A DNA stretch of 64,000 bases from Octopus sinensis. Lineage: Eukaryota. The stretch spans positions 29,822,001-29,886,000 of the forward strand of contig NC_043002.1 of assembly GCF_006345805.1 (NCBI RefSeq), read 5' to 3'. Under the pieces are notes generated by a model, which was not told the origin of the DNA, searched no databases, and worked only from the letters and a program-made list of their open reading frames with translations. The position numbers and the translations under genes are program-made. Positions 40,908 to 52,620 of this stretch are shown here, in pieces; the stretch's first letter is position 1, and every line of letters starts with the position of its first letter.

Positions 40908-41255
40908 CATAGTGCCAAAGATCCCAACATTGCTATCAAAATGCAGGACCAGGTACTGTAACAGCTTGGGTTTCAAGAGCCTACAGCTCTTCAATATCCT
41001 TCCAAAATGCCTGAGAGACCTGCACGGTGTGGATGTAGATATCTTCAAAACAAAACCGGAGCTCCTCCTGTCAAGGCTTCCCTAATGAGTATACGTCACG
41101 ACAGAAAACACAGAAGAGAATAGCAACATCAGACTCCCGAATTAAGCAAATGTCACCTATTAGAGGAGGTTTCATATAATAATAGTGTAGCAGAACCAAA
41201 AGGGGTGCCCCAGCAAGACCACAGCTTTCAAGCTGAAACAGTTAAGGAGTTAAAG
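40908..41255 (+). mobile_element. CR1/L2-group LINE 3' end (ORF2 C-terminus + 3' stem-loop)
   Basis: IVPKIPTLLSKCRTRYCNSLGFKSLQLFNILPKCLRDLHGVDVDIFKTKPELLLSRLP*, ending GGTGCCCCAGCAAGACCACAGCTTTCAAGCTGAAAC. Confidence 0.75.
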
Positions 41256-41520
41256 AGGTAGAGTTTTTTAACGGTTCTTGTGTGCATTTAGATGGTTAAG
41301 ATGGCTCTTCCAGAATATTGTGAATGTATGTGTGTCTATGTATGTGTGAATGTATGTGTGTGTGATAAAGAGTGTGTGTGTGAGAAAGAGTGCGTGTGAG
41401 AAAGAGTGCGTGTGTGTGTGAATGAGTGGTGGCGAGTGAGTTAGTGGTTAAGATGTTGCATTCAGGATCGTAAGTTTGTGATTTCGATTCCTGGACCGGG
41501 CGATGTATTGTATTCTTGAG

Positions 41521-42325
41521 AATATCAAAGAAGTCTAACTCCTCAGTTGTTGACTGTTTTACTACTCCCTATTTGGTGCTTTTAAAGAGAGGTAAGCTTC
41601 ATAAGACAGCAGCATCCAGAAATTTTAAAAATATAAAATTTGTGGAGATTAAGGGCTTCCGAATAACAAACAACAGAGTGGACGTACAAAATAAACAATC
41701 GACGAAGACAAAGATTAAGGGCCGTTAGTCCAAGACGAATTGTAATGGGTAACGCCTGGGAGACATTTTGAAAAGATGTAGAATAAATAGAATAGAGGAA
41801 AATAGTAGAAGGAAAAAATGTCAGGAGGCGATAGAAATGACGTCCAGCCCAGCGGATGTCTTGTCCAGAAAAGACACGGATGAAAGAAATAGCCTGTAGT
41901 CCCGTGTGAGCAACAAGCAGAGGAAAAGGGAGACCAGAGAGAGGATGAGGGAAAGAAACAGAAGGAAGAAGGAACGAAAGATGGTAGGGAATAGGAGAAA
42001 TAGGGCAGCAAAGAGGGAGGGAAGAAAGGGAAAATATAGAGGATTATAGAAGGATAGAGAGAAAGAAAGAAAACAGAGTGTATAGTCACAGAAATTATAT
42101 GTAAATGCAAGAACTTACTGTGGCCAAGGGTGTGTAGAGTTCGATTATAAATAAATAAAAAAATACACATTAAGTACAGGACATCACCAACGAGTAAAAA
42201 ATGCGTAAAAACACAGAGATAAGTACAGGACTAAAAGAAGTTTAACACCTCAACTGCCGCCTCTTTCGTGCTTTTAACGAAAATATAGGAACTCTTCATA
42301 AGACAGCAACATCCAGAAATTAAAC
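41521..42325 (-). mobile_element. Family-D-related element with terminal direct repeat (pseudo-LTR-like)
   Basis: CTTCATAAGACAGCA(G/A)CATCCAGAAATT occurs at about 41597 and 42295. It interrupts the SINE head at 41425-41520 and has a purine/pyrimidine-skewed interior. Confidence 0.55.
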
Positions 42326-42329
42326 ATTT

Positions 42330-42730
42330 TTTTACTTATTTCAGTCTTTTGACTGTGGCCATGCTGGGGCACCACTTCAAACGGTTTTTAATCAAACAAA
42401 TCGACACTAGGACTTATTTTGAAGCTTAGTACTTATTTTATAAATTTTTTTAACGAACTGCTAAGTTACGGGGATGTAAATACACCAACACCAGTTGTGA
42501 AGCGGTGGTGGGGGACAAGCACACTCACAAATACACACACACACACACACACACACACACTTACACACTTACACACACATATACACGATGGGGGTCTTTC
42601 AATTTCTACCTACGAAATCTACTACAAGGATTTGGTCGGGTTAGAAGACACTCGTCCAAGGTCCCACGCAGTGGGACTGAACTCGGAACCATGTGGTTGA
42701 GAAGCAAGCTTCTTAATACACTGCCACCCC
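42330..42730 (-). mobile_element. SINE family B copy
   Basis: TTCAGTCTTTTGACTGTGGCCATGCTGG tail, central (CA)n and CGCAGTGGGACTGAACTCGGAACCATGTGGTTG head. Confidence 0.85.
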
Positions 42731-44527
42731 TACATGACATGCATGTATATTATTTATAGATGCATATGTTCTTCATATGTATTTGCATGAGTTAGTTGTG
42801 TGCGTGGTGGGGCATCACATATTTCTGTCATAACTTTATTCACATCGAGGATTTTTTAACGGAACATATTATCAAACCAGTAGGTTCAAATACGAAATAG
42901 CAGAATTTGAACTCAGAATGGAAAGGACCACAAAGTAAAACCATAGGTATCTAACCTGACAATGAAAGAGTTCTGATACTCCAGCGCCTAAGTACATCTT
43001 TATGCGCTTGTATGTGTGTGTGTATGTATGTATGTATGTATGTATGTATGTATGTATGTATGTATGTATGTATGTATGTATGTATGCATGCATGTATGTA
43101 TGTATGTATGTATGTATGCATGCATATATGTATGTATATATGTACGTGTGAGTTTGTGTGTGTGCGAGTGTGTGTGTGTGCAGGCTCGTATGTGTTTTTG
43201 TATGACTGCATGTGTGTCCGTGGAAAGGCAGAAATGTGCGTCCGGTTATCTGTGGACGTTCCGTAAAACAAAGAATTAAATATGAACAAATAAATATAAA
43301 CTAAGCAAAAAGCAAAATGCAAAATGAAGTCATAAAGATATAAAGAATGAAAGAAGATAAGGAAAAAATGTGAAACGTAAAAGAAAATGGCAAGAAACGG
43401 GAAATAATTTTACAAACGAAAGTAACCAAAAACATAAAAACATTTGTTTTGTCTATTTTATTTCTCTCATTATTTATATTATTTATTTATTCCGTATTGT
43501 TATTTATTTTTATTTTCCAATATAAGCAATGCAAGACTAAATCAGAAGTATACAGGGATTTATTGGACAATTCTGTTTTCTTCGTCTTGAAAATAATAGA
43601 ATAGAACACAATATATACACACACATACGTACATACGTACATACACTCACACACACACACAAACACATGAACACACACACACACACACGCACATACTTTT
43701 ACATGTATATGTTTATATATATTATATATGAGATGACAAACAGAAGGAAACAATAGGACGTTAAAAAAATTTACGAAACGAAATAAATGAAGAGAAAAGT
43801 ATACCATATTATATAAAAAGAACCGAAACGAAAAGTTTAGAATAAAAGAATATATATCAAACAGCCGTATAAAATATGCGAATCGGATTAACATTTAGGC
43901 TTACACACATGTAAATCTCTATTTATTTATATGTATCTGTCTATCTACCAATCTATTTCCTTATCATCTCTCTCTCTATCAATATATATATATATTCGTG
44001 TTTGTGCATACACACACCACACACATGGTGAGAAAGTGAGAGCGAGAAAATAAAAATGACAAATAGAAAGTTAGTAGAAACACCGAATACGAAAAGGAGA
44101 AAAGAATTAGGTGAAGGAAAATAAATGGAGAACATGAAAAGAATGAATGAAGGTTGATAAAAAAAGTTATACGAAACGAAATATCGACGTGGAAGGCGTA
44201 ACATAATTGTAAAAGACCAGATAAATATACAGAGTAACTATAGAATAATAAAACATGTAAATATTTTTAACTTTCACAAAGGTTTTATAACTAAAGTATT
44301 AAACTCAAAATGGTGTAATACTATCCCTCTATAATCGCACTCATGTATTTGTACGTATATAAATGTATACATATTTATACGTCCAATTAACATATCCGTA
44401 TACATGGAGACAACCATACAGACCACACAAATTTCCATATAAGTATTTTTATCTATCCATCTATCTATCAATCTGTCTGTCTGTTTGTCTGTCTGTCTGT
44501 CCGTCTATCTGTCTGTCTATCTGTCTG

Positions 44528-44584
<57 letters not shown>

Positions 44585-44653
44585 ATATATATATATATAT
44601 ATTATATATATTATCCGAAATGTACAGAATTATATATCCATCGCGGCCAATCT

Positions 44654-44733
44654 TACCAATCGATTTCGCACTGAGAGTACAACGGAGTGTTAGGTAACAA
44701 TTCGATTATATAACCATACGCTCTTCAGAGGTA
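44654..44733 (-). ncRNA. Hammerhead-like motif with long stem II insertion
   Basis: Minus strand reads TACC-T-CTGAAGA-GCG...(about 50 nt)...TGC-GAA-ATCGAT-T-GGTA: core motifs, palindromic ATCGAT stem III and TACC/GGTA stem I. Confidence 0.5.
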
Positions 44734-44843
44734 GCAGATATGGAATGAAATATGGTGATGTACACATACACACACAAAATCATGCATATAGATATTTGTA
44801 TATTACACTTATATCATTATATGTGTATATAATTTTATGTGTG

Positions 44844-44894
<51 letters not shown>

Positions 44895-45141
44895 CTTTTT
44901 TAGAAATTTCTATCGGCATGTTTTGAGACGCATAAATTATAATGGTTATTGACAATTTGTCTTTTTTTCGGCATATTTGGCATTAGAATTTTTCTCTTGC
45001 CCTTATTTTATAAGTTATTTATAAATTTAACCTTTAAAGGTATTTTTTGATATACTGGCCATTGATAAAAAATTTTCTCTTTCGAAAAAATCTTATCCTA
45101 CATTAGTTATATATATATATCTTTTGATATTTCGCTCAGTT

Positions 45142-45280
45142 AAGGCAGCGAGCAGGCGGAATCATTAGCATGCCAGGCATAATGCTTAGCCACATTTCGT
45201 CTGTCTTTATGTTCTGTGTTCAAATTCCGTCGAGGTTGAATTCGCCTTTCATCCTTTCGTGGTCGATAAAATAAGTATGC
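45142..45280 (+). mobile_element. SINE family A, 5' part
   Basis: AAGGCAGCGAGCAGGCGGAATCATTAGC...GTTCAAATTCCGTCGAGG..GCCTTTCATCCTTTCGTGGTCGATAAAATAAGTA. Confidence 0.8.
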
Positions 45281-45476
45281 AGCTCAAGTGTCAAAATTTG
45301 AAAGAAATGTTTTGCTTAGGCAGAATGATGCTAATAACATGGTGTTAGAGAGTAATATACATATGCTTTAGAATAATGTTAGTCAAATACAGAGCTTAAA
45401 AATGGAATTAAGTAAATGACTAAGTAACTAAAGATTGTGCAATGAGCACATCATGAGATCAGTGGTGTATATATGT

Positions 45477-45530
<54 letters not shown>

Positions 45531-45539
45531 GTATCTTGT

Positions 45540-46620
45540 CGTTGTCGTAAGTTTTCTTGATCTGAAATGTTTTACGAAATTCAATTGCTTATATTTCGTT
45601 TCCTCTTACGTACTCTCACATGACTAAACCGTGATATGTGGAAACATGTTTTCGCAATCCTTGCAAATGATCTTTAGGAATTCTTCTCCGATGATGCTTA
45701 GCTTTCGTATTATCTCTGCTTTTCTTTTAATATTCATCTCTCGTTTTTCTTGCCTGTTGTCTTTTCGGTGCAGCTTAACGTGTTTGCATCCTAGATGGCA
45801 GAGATCCCTCCATATCTCTCAATTCCCTGCGACAGCCTCTGTCTCCTCTTATTTGCCTCAAAGTGTGAATTTCTGCCTCAAGGTCTTTTTGAATCAAGGG
45901 TGTTTATTTCCATTATGACATTTTCTTGCTGCCAATTCAGAATAAATGATGGTCTTCAATAGTCGTTTATTGTTCATGGTCAGCCCATTGCTCTACGTCT
46001 CGATCTTTATCATTTCTACGAGGACACAGGTGCGATTCTTTCTTCCTAGAGGAGCTAAGCAAAATTTCTTGCAAGTTCTGAATCTTGTAGCATTAACTGT
46101 TAGACTGTCATTTTCATATACTGGGACCAATTTGTCACGCATTTGTTCTAAGATAAAGAACAAAGAATTATAGTGAGAAAAGGATTGGAGGCATGAAGAA
46201 CGTCCCTTTGCTGCACGCTAGTTTTTAATTCAAACGATGTTGATGATCCGTCTGATTTTAACAAAGACTTTATGCTATCATGAAGAGGACGGATGATGAT
46301 AAATAATTTCAATGGGATGTCAAATTTCTGAAATATTTTCCACAGTGATTTAAAGTATACGGTGACATCTTTCGTCAGATCATAAAACGAAACTTGTAGC
46401 GATTGTTGTTCCTTGGCTTTTTTCTTGCAGCTGACGAATAGCAAAAATCACGTCCATTGTGCCACATCCAGAGTGAAATCCGTTTTGTGTCTTAGAGAAA
46501 ATAGATTCGATTATTGGTAAGAGACTTTTGAATAAGATTCTCGCTATTTTATTTTTCTAGCAACTGAAGGAATCAAAATTTATTTACAGTTGCAGCTATC
46601 AGTTACATCTCATAAAATGA
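45540..46620 (-). pseudogene. Old, internally deleted RTE LINE
   Basis: Minus strand: GFHSGCGTMDVIFAIRQLQEK, FYDLTK..LWKIFQKFDIPLKLFIIIRPLHD, then YSELAARKCHNG..FKKTL and a CKDC finger remnant near 45660. Confidence 0.8.
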
Positions 46621-46754
46621 AAATTTTCTTACTCTGGTAATTTTAGTGGTGGTGGTGGTGAGGGTGGTACTGATGGTAGTTGTTGTGATAGTGTAGTGAT
46701 AGTATCGGTAATTACAATAATGATAGTAATCTTTGTGGCGGTAGTGATAAGGTC

Positions 46755-46925
46755 ACGTTGTTGTTGTTTTGTCTCAGGTCAACCCGGATCGACTAAACCT
46801 TTGATTAAAAGTACTTCGGTCGTAACCATTCCAGAGTTTTACCCCTGTCCTTCACTAAGCAACACTTTAGGGTATGATTTGAAGTTAATTTGGCTACTAT
46901 TTCTAGCATGTCTAGGGATCAAAGG
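46755..46925 (+). repeat. Unclassified old interspersed repeat family E
   Basis: Pattern TTGTT..CAGGTCA..GATC..TGATTTGA..TTTGGCT.CTATTTCTAGCA. Diverged copies at about 40610-40790, 55730-55900(-), 57870-58030(-), 60470-60630 and 61965-62160. Confidence 0.5.
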
Positions 46926-46964
46926 TCTCTGCATGGTTGTGGTTGTTGTAGAGGGGGTTACTGG

Positions 46965-47308
46965 CAGTGGCGGATTGAGTCTAAAACTATTTGTTGCCAG
47001 GAGACTAGGGGGACACACCAGCAATACAAAGGGACCCACCCGCAACTATTAGGGGGGGGGGGCACCCGCAACTACAAAGCTATCATTTATTTATCTATTT
47101 ATTTTTGTTAAAAGTATTCTTTTCAACTGTCTACAAACACGGTCAGGTTGAAATAATTAATGCATTCTTCCAGGAATGAATTCAAAAATTCTCAAACTTG
47201 AGGGGATGGGCCTGTTAGATATTGACATGGGCCCCCATATATGGATTCTAATGGCGCAGGGGCCCACTTGCCATCGGGAGAGCTGGCAACCTGGCCGGTC
47301 CGTCACTG
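46965..47308. mobile_element. hAT-type MITE with perfect 8-bp TSD
   Basis: TIRs CAGTGGCGGA and TCCGTCACTG. TSD GTTACTGG at 46957-46964 and 47309-47316. Confidence 0.9.
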
Positions 47309-47430
47309 GTTACTGGTGATGGTTATAGTTGTAATGGTGTTAGTGGTGATGGTGGTGGTGGTAGTGATGGAGGAGTTTAGATTGAATTTAATGGTTGTAG
47401 TTGTAGTAATGTTAATATCGGCAATGATCA

Positions 47431-47820
47431 TACTCTTTTACTCTTTTACATGTTTCAGCCAGGTGACAGTGGCCATGCTGGAGCACCGCCTTTAGCCGAG
47501 CAAATCGACCACAGAACTTATTCTTTGTAAGCCTAGTACTTATTCTATCGGTCTCTTTTGCCGAACCGCTAAGTTACGGGGACGTAAACACACCAGCATC
47601 GGTTGTCAAGCGATGTTGGGGGTCAAACATAGACACACAAACATATACACACACATATGTACATATATACGACGGGCTTCTTTCAGTTTCTGTCTACCAA
47701 ATCCACTCACAAGGCTTTGGTTGGCCCGAGGCTATAGTAAAGGCACTTGCCCAAGGTGTCACGCAGTGGGACTGAACCCGCAACCATGTGGTTGGTAAAC
47801 AAGCTACTAACCACATACCC
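47431..47820 (-). mobile_element. SINE family B, essentially full length
   Basis: Head, CORE-like CACCTTGGGCAAGTG block, central (CA/TA)n and 3' tail are all present. Confidence 0.9.
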
Positions 47821-49134
47821 AAGAGAGACGGAGAAACTAGATTTAATGGTGATGGTGGTGGCGGCGGCGGCAGTGATGGTAGTGGTGGGGATGGCGACGG
47901 CAGTGATGGTGGTGTGGGTGAGGTTGGCGTCGGCAGTGGTGGATGTGGAGGCCTTTGTTCCACTAGTAGAGGTGGTCCTACTTTCATTTCAGACTATTGG
48001 TAACGGCAGAAGTGGAGATGGCGATGGTGGCAGTGGAGGTGATGACGGTGGTAGTTTTGCCGATAATGGTAGCGACGATGGTAATAATGGGAGAAGTGAG
48101 AGTATACGCGACGCTTATGGTAACTGATGTCGTGATTGGTAGTGACGTCCTTAAGAACAGTGATAGTAGTAGTGGTGGTAATGATAGTAACGTTATGATG
48201 AAAGCGGTGGTGGTGGTGGTGGTGGCAAGTAGCGATGGTAAAGGTGATTGTAGTGGTGATGGTTGTCGTTGAGTAAGACGGTAGCGCTATTGCTTTTAGT
48301 GGTTAGAATGGTAGTTGGTGTTTCTGATGGATGTGGTGTTTATGATGCTGGTGGTTGTGTTGGTGATGGTGGCAGAATTGTTGTTGTTGTTGGTGGTGAT
48401 GGTGGTTGTGAATGTGGCTGTGCTGAAGTTGGTGGTTACAATGGTTGTGACATGAGTAGTGGTGGTCGTGGTAGTGTTGTTAATGGTGGTTCTGTTGACC
48501 ACGGTCGTGGTGTTCTTGATGTTAGTAATGTCGGTGAGAGAGAAGACGGTGATAGTGGTGGTGATCGCGGCGGCGGCGGTGGTGGTGGGTGTTGTTGTTG
48601 TTTTTGGTGGTAGTGGTATGAGATGGTGAGGCATCGTGTTAATGAGAGTTGAGCATTTTGAAGACGATCCCACCAACTTTGCCCTGAATCCCCTAAAGTT
48701 CTGGCAAATTGTGACAGTAGTGGTGGTGATGGTGGTGTAGTGGTGGTGGCACTGATAATGATGGTGGTGATGTTGATGGGAGGAATTGTTTACTGTCCGT
48801 AGGAGGCCCCTTAATGCAATTATGTAGGGGTCTGTGATTAAATCCGAAGTTCAGTGAATTCTGTGAAAAGGGACTAAAAGTAATTAGATATTCAGTCAGA
48901 CATAGTGTAAGTAAATTAGGGAGCTGATAAGTAACACAGCCATCATTGTAAATAGAACATGCCGACCTTTGACCCTCCCCCTTTCTATTAGGTCCATAAC
49001 AAAGACGACACTCTATTGCACGAGGGTACGACACGATACATCGTCCAAACACTTTATATTATCTAGAATACATTCGCAAATATCCAGGAAATCTACACCA
49101 ATATGTATGTCGATAGATATGTTTGTGTGTGTGC

Positions 49135-49174
<40 letters not shown>

Positions 49175-49207
49175 TACATATACTATATATCATACATATA
49201 CATATAT

Positions 49208-49316
<109 letters not shown>

Positions 49317-49585
49317 GCATATATACACACAAACATATATATGCCTACATATATATGTATATGTACCTGCATATATGGGTGCAGGACTAAAAATACGTGA
49401 TTCTTTTATTCTTTTATTTGTTTGAGTCATTTGACTGCGGCCATGATGGAGTACCGCCTTTAGTCGAGCAAATCGATCCCAAGACTTATCCTGTCAAGCA
49501 ATGTTGGGAGGACAAACACACACACACACACATTCATATAACACTGCCACTCCTGCACCTATATATATATATATATATATATCGC

Positions 49586-49644
<59 letters not shown>

Positions 49645-49678
49645 CGTATGTATGTAAATATGTATGTCTATATATGCA

Positions 49679-50596
49679 GAAAGAAAAAGATAAAGGTGTA
49701 CAAGGCATGTGTGCTCCCTTCTCTTCTCTATGCCTGCGAGACGTGGGTCACATATCGATACCACCTTAAACAACTGGAACGTTTCCATCAGATGTGCCTC
49801 AGACGGATCTATGGCATGAAGTGGAAGGACCGCATCAGTGATCTTGAAATATTGGAAGGCTCTCGGAGTGAAAGTATAGAAGCTCTTGTGTTAAAGCAAA
49901 GGCTCAGATGGAGTGGTCATCTGGTCAGAATGAAGGCTTCAAGGATGCCAAAACAACTCTTTTATGGAGAGTTAGCTAAAGGAGAACGACCTCCACATAA
50001 ACCAAAAAAGAGGTATAAGGACTTGCTGAAGGCTTCATTAAGAGATGCTTGCATCTCTCCTGACACATGGGAAGGCATAGCTATTGATCGTAGCAGGTGG
50101 AGAAGGACTGTGCATGAGGGGACAGCCACTTTTGAGAAATCTCGAGTTGCACATGAGAAAGCAAGGAGCGATGTCAGGAAGGGCATCGCTGGTACACTTT
50201 CAGAAGGGAAGGGTCTTCCTTTGATTCTGACATGCAATGTCTGTGCAAGACCCTGCTTCAGTAAAGTTGGACTCATGAGTCATCTTCGTAGTCATAAAAC
50301 GAGACAGATGAGTGACAACCTGGCCACTGGTGGTGGTGTAACACACCATACTAATCATATCTGTCGGGCATGTGGAAGAGAGTGTAATTCGGCAGGAGGA
50401 CTTAAACGACATGCAAAGGTACATGAAGCCCAGTTACAACTACAGCCGGTTTTTACCAGTAAAGGTTTTAGTTGCCAATTTTGTACAAGACATTGTAGAT
50501 CTTTAGCTGGGCTAAAAACTCACATTCGATCACAGCACCAGTAACAGTGAAGCTTCGTGCAATGGCCATACTCGATAACGAGGCGGCGGCCATAAA
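49679..50596 (+). mobile_element. Young 5'-truncated RTE (BovB-like) LINE; ORF2 C-terminus with three C2H2 zinc fingers
   Basis: Uninterrupted frame to the stop at 50544: KIKVYKACVLPSLLYACETW, QRLRWSGHLVRM..RMPKQLFYGEL, KRYKD, then three CxxC-x12-H-x3/4-H. 3' hairpin at 50562-50593. TSD GTCTATATA(T/G)GCA at 49666-49678 and 50597-50609. Confidence 0.93.
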
Positions 50597-50608
50597 GTCT
50601 ATATAGGC

Positions 50609-50678
<70 letters not shown>

Positions 50679-50744
50679 CGTGTGTGTCTGTCTGTCTGTC
50701 TGTCTGTCTGTGTATGTATTATTTATATTATTATTTGATTGAAC

Positions 50745-51375
50745 GCCACGCATCCATTTCCGAGTAAGTTATTCTTAATATAATCGATGCAACTTTATCC
50801 TGTATTGGTCCTCTCTCTCCGCGCTCTCTCTGTTTCTCTCCCTTTCGTTTCTTTTTTTCTCCCCCTCACCGTTTTCTGTCTGTCTCTCCCCCCTCTCTCT
50901 CTCTCTCTTCCACCTTTACTCTCTCTCATTGCTCAAATGTGACCATCGTCCATCCTTTCTTTTTTCAGTGATCTTCTTTCTTTTGCCTCAATCTCTTGCG
51001 CAGTTCGGACGCATTTGTACCTGTGTCCTCTGCTTTCTCTTATCGAAGAATCTTCTTGAATTGTTCGCCATTTTTACCTTGTCTGTGCCTTGTTTGTATT
51101 CGTTTCGTTTCTTTTGTTGTATGTCCTGTTTTTTTAACCAACTTTAACTTTTCTCAAATGCCAAATTTGCTTTATTTCGGTTCGCGGGAGCAATTGCCTT
51201 CAAAGTCTTATCTTGTTGCTCGAATTAAGGGTAGAACAACTACCAACAACTGATGAAGGGTCATCTTTTTATGTTACTTATTTTGTTTTCCATTCGTTTA
51301 TTTCGTTGTTGCGTTCCAACGCTAATTTCGTATTTCATGTTTACGTTTTTGTAACGTTCTGTACCAATATATGCA
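50745..51375 (+). mobile_element. Non-coding Penelope-type repeat family D, longer copy
   Basis: Pyrimidine-rich body followed by the block homologous to 31860-32100(-), including CAACTGATGAAG. Ends in a TA-rich microsatellite. Confidence 0.6.
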
Positions 51376-51423
51376 TATTTATATACATATATACGTATGT
51401 ACATATGTATACATATATATATC

Positions 51424-51455
<32 letters not shown>

Positions 51456-51472
51456 ATATGTGTGTGTGTGTG

Positions 51473-51522
<50 letters not shown>

Positions 51523-51750
51523 ATATATATATACATACTTAGCGGCGGTTATGGAAAAGTGTCCGACAGACTAAGTATGAGGCTTTAAAGAGTTTGCTGG
51601 GTCGATTAATTCGACTGAAATTTCTTCATGACGGTGCCCCAAGGTACCTCTATGAGGGTGATAGTGAATTCGAAGTTTCGATGTTGGCGAGCAAGCCGAA
51701 GTTTCAAAGTCACTATCAGACTTCCTCTTTTAATAGTAAATATGTACATA

Positions 51751-52135
51751 TCTCTCTCTATATAAACGGCAGTTTGTCTGTGGGTGTTTCTGTGTGTCTG
51801 TTTGGTTGTACCCTCACCCTGACCACGGCTTTCAACCGATTCTGATGAAACTTGACACACACATAGCCCAATGTCATAATTCAAAACTAACGCAGCGAAA
51901 ATTTTGAAAAGTTCCCCCAGTTCTGAAAAAAATCGATAAATTCGACATGGGGTCGAGAATCAGGAATACGAACCACAAACTGTCTAGGGGACGCAACTCT
52001 ACCTTTTTTAAATCTCAAAAAAAAATTTACCATCATTTTTTTCCATTATTTTGCTATTTTTTGGCTATAACTCTCTAAAAATGCTTTATAGTTATTTCCC
52101 TTACAAACCTGAGCAACGCCGGGCGATACTGCTAG
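51751..52135 (+). mobile_element. Non-autonomous Helitron
   Basis: A|TC start, subterminal hairpin CCTGAGCAACGCCGGG, CTAG|T end and no TSD. Confidence 0.85.
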
Positions 52136-52199
52136 TATACATATAAACTTGACAAAAGTGACCTATCCCCATAAAAAGAAAATGGGCATTTATAATTAT

Positions 52200-52482
52200 G
52201 CTGCTGGCATAATCGTTAGAGCACCGGGTGAAAATGCTCAGCGGTATTTCGTCTGCCGCTACGTACTGAGTTCAAATTCCATCGAGGTCGACTTTACCTT
52301 TCATCTTTTCGTGGTCGATTAAATAAGTACCAGTTACGCACTGTTGTCGATGTAATCGACTAGTCCCCTACCCCAAATTTCAGGCCTTGGGCTTATAATA
52401 GAAAATATTACGCACTGGGGTTGATGTTATCGACTAAACCCCTCCCCGAAAATATCAGGCCTTGTGCCTATAATAGAAAAGA
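52200..52482 (+). mobile_element. SINE family A with duplicated alternative tail
   Basis: Head and central block as in the other A copies. The tail TACGCACTG..TCGAC..CAGGCCTTG..TATAATAGAAAA occurs twice. Confidence 0.82.
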
Positions 52483-52586
52483 TTGTGTTCTGGCCTTTGG
52501 TTCGTCATTAAGTTCTTAGTTCAAATTCCCCCGAACATTATGTACATGCAAAGATACATACATACATACATACATACATACATACA

Positions 52587-52620
<34 letters not shown>

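Noticed and set aside
49501-49678. N-terminal part of the 347-aa ORF as a real start, or the ORF as a host ZNF gene
   Set aside because: The first ~60 codons are SINE and microsatellite sequence upstream of the TSD. The remainder is RTE ORF2.
51842-51852. CTGATGAAAC as a hammerhead core
   Set aside because: No stem II. It lies within the Helitron body.
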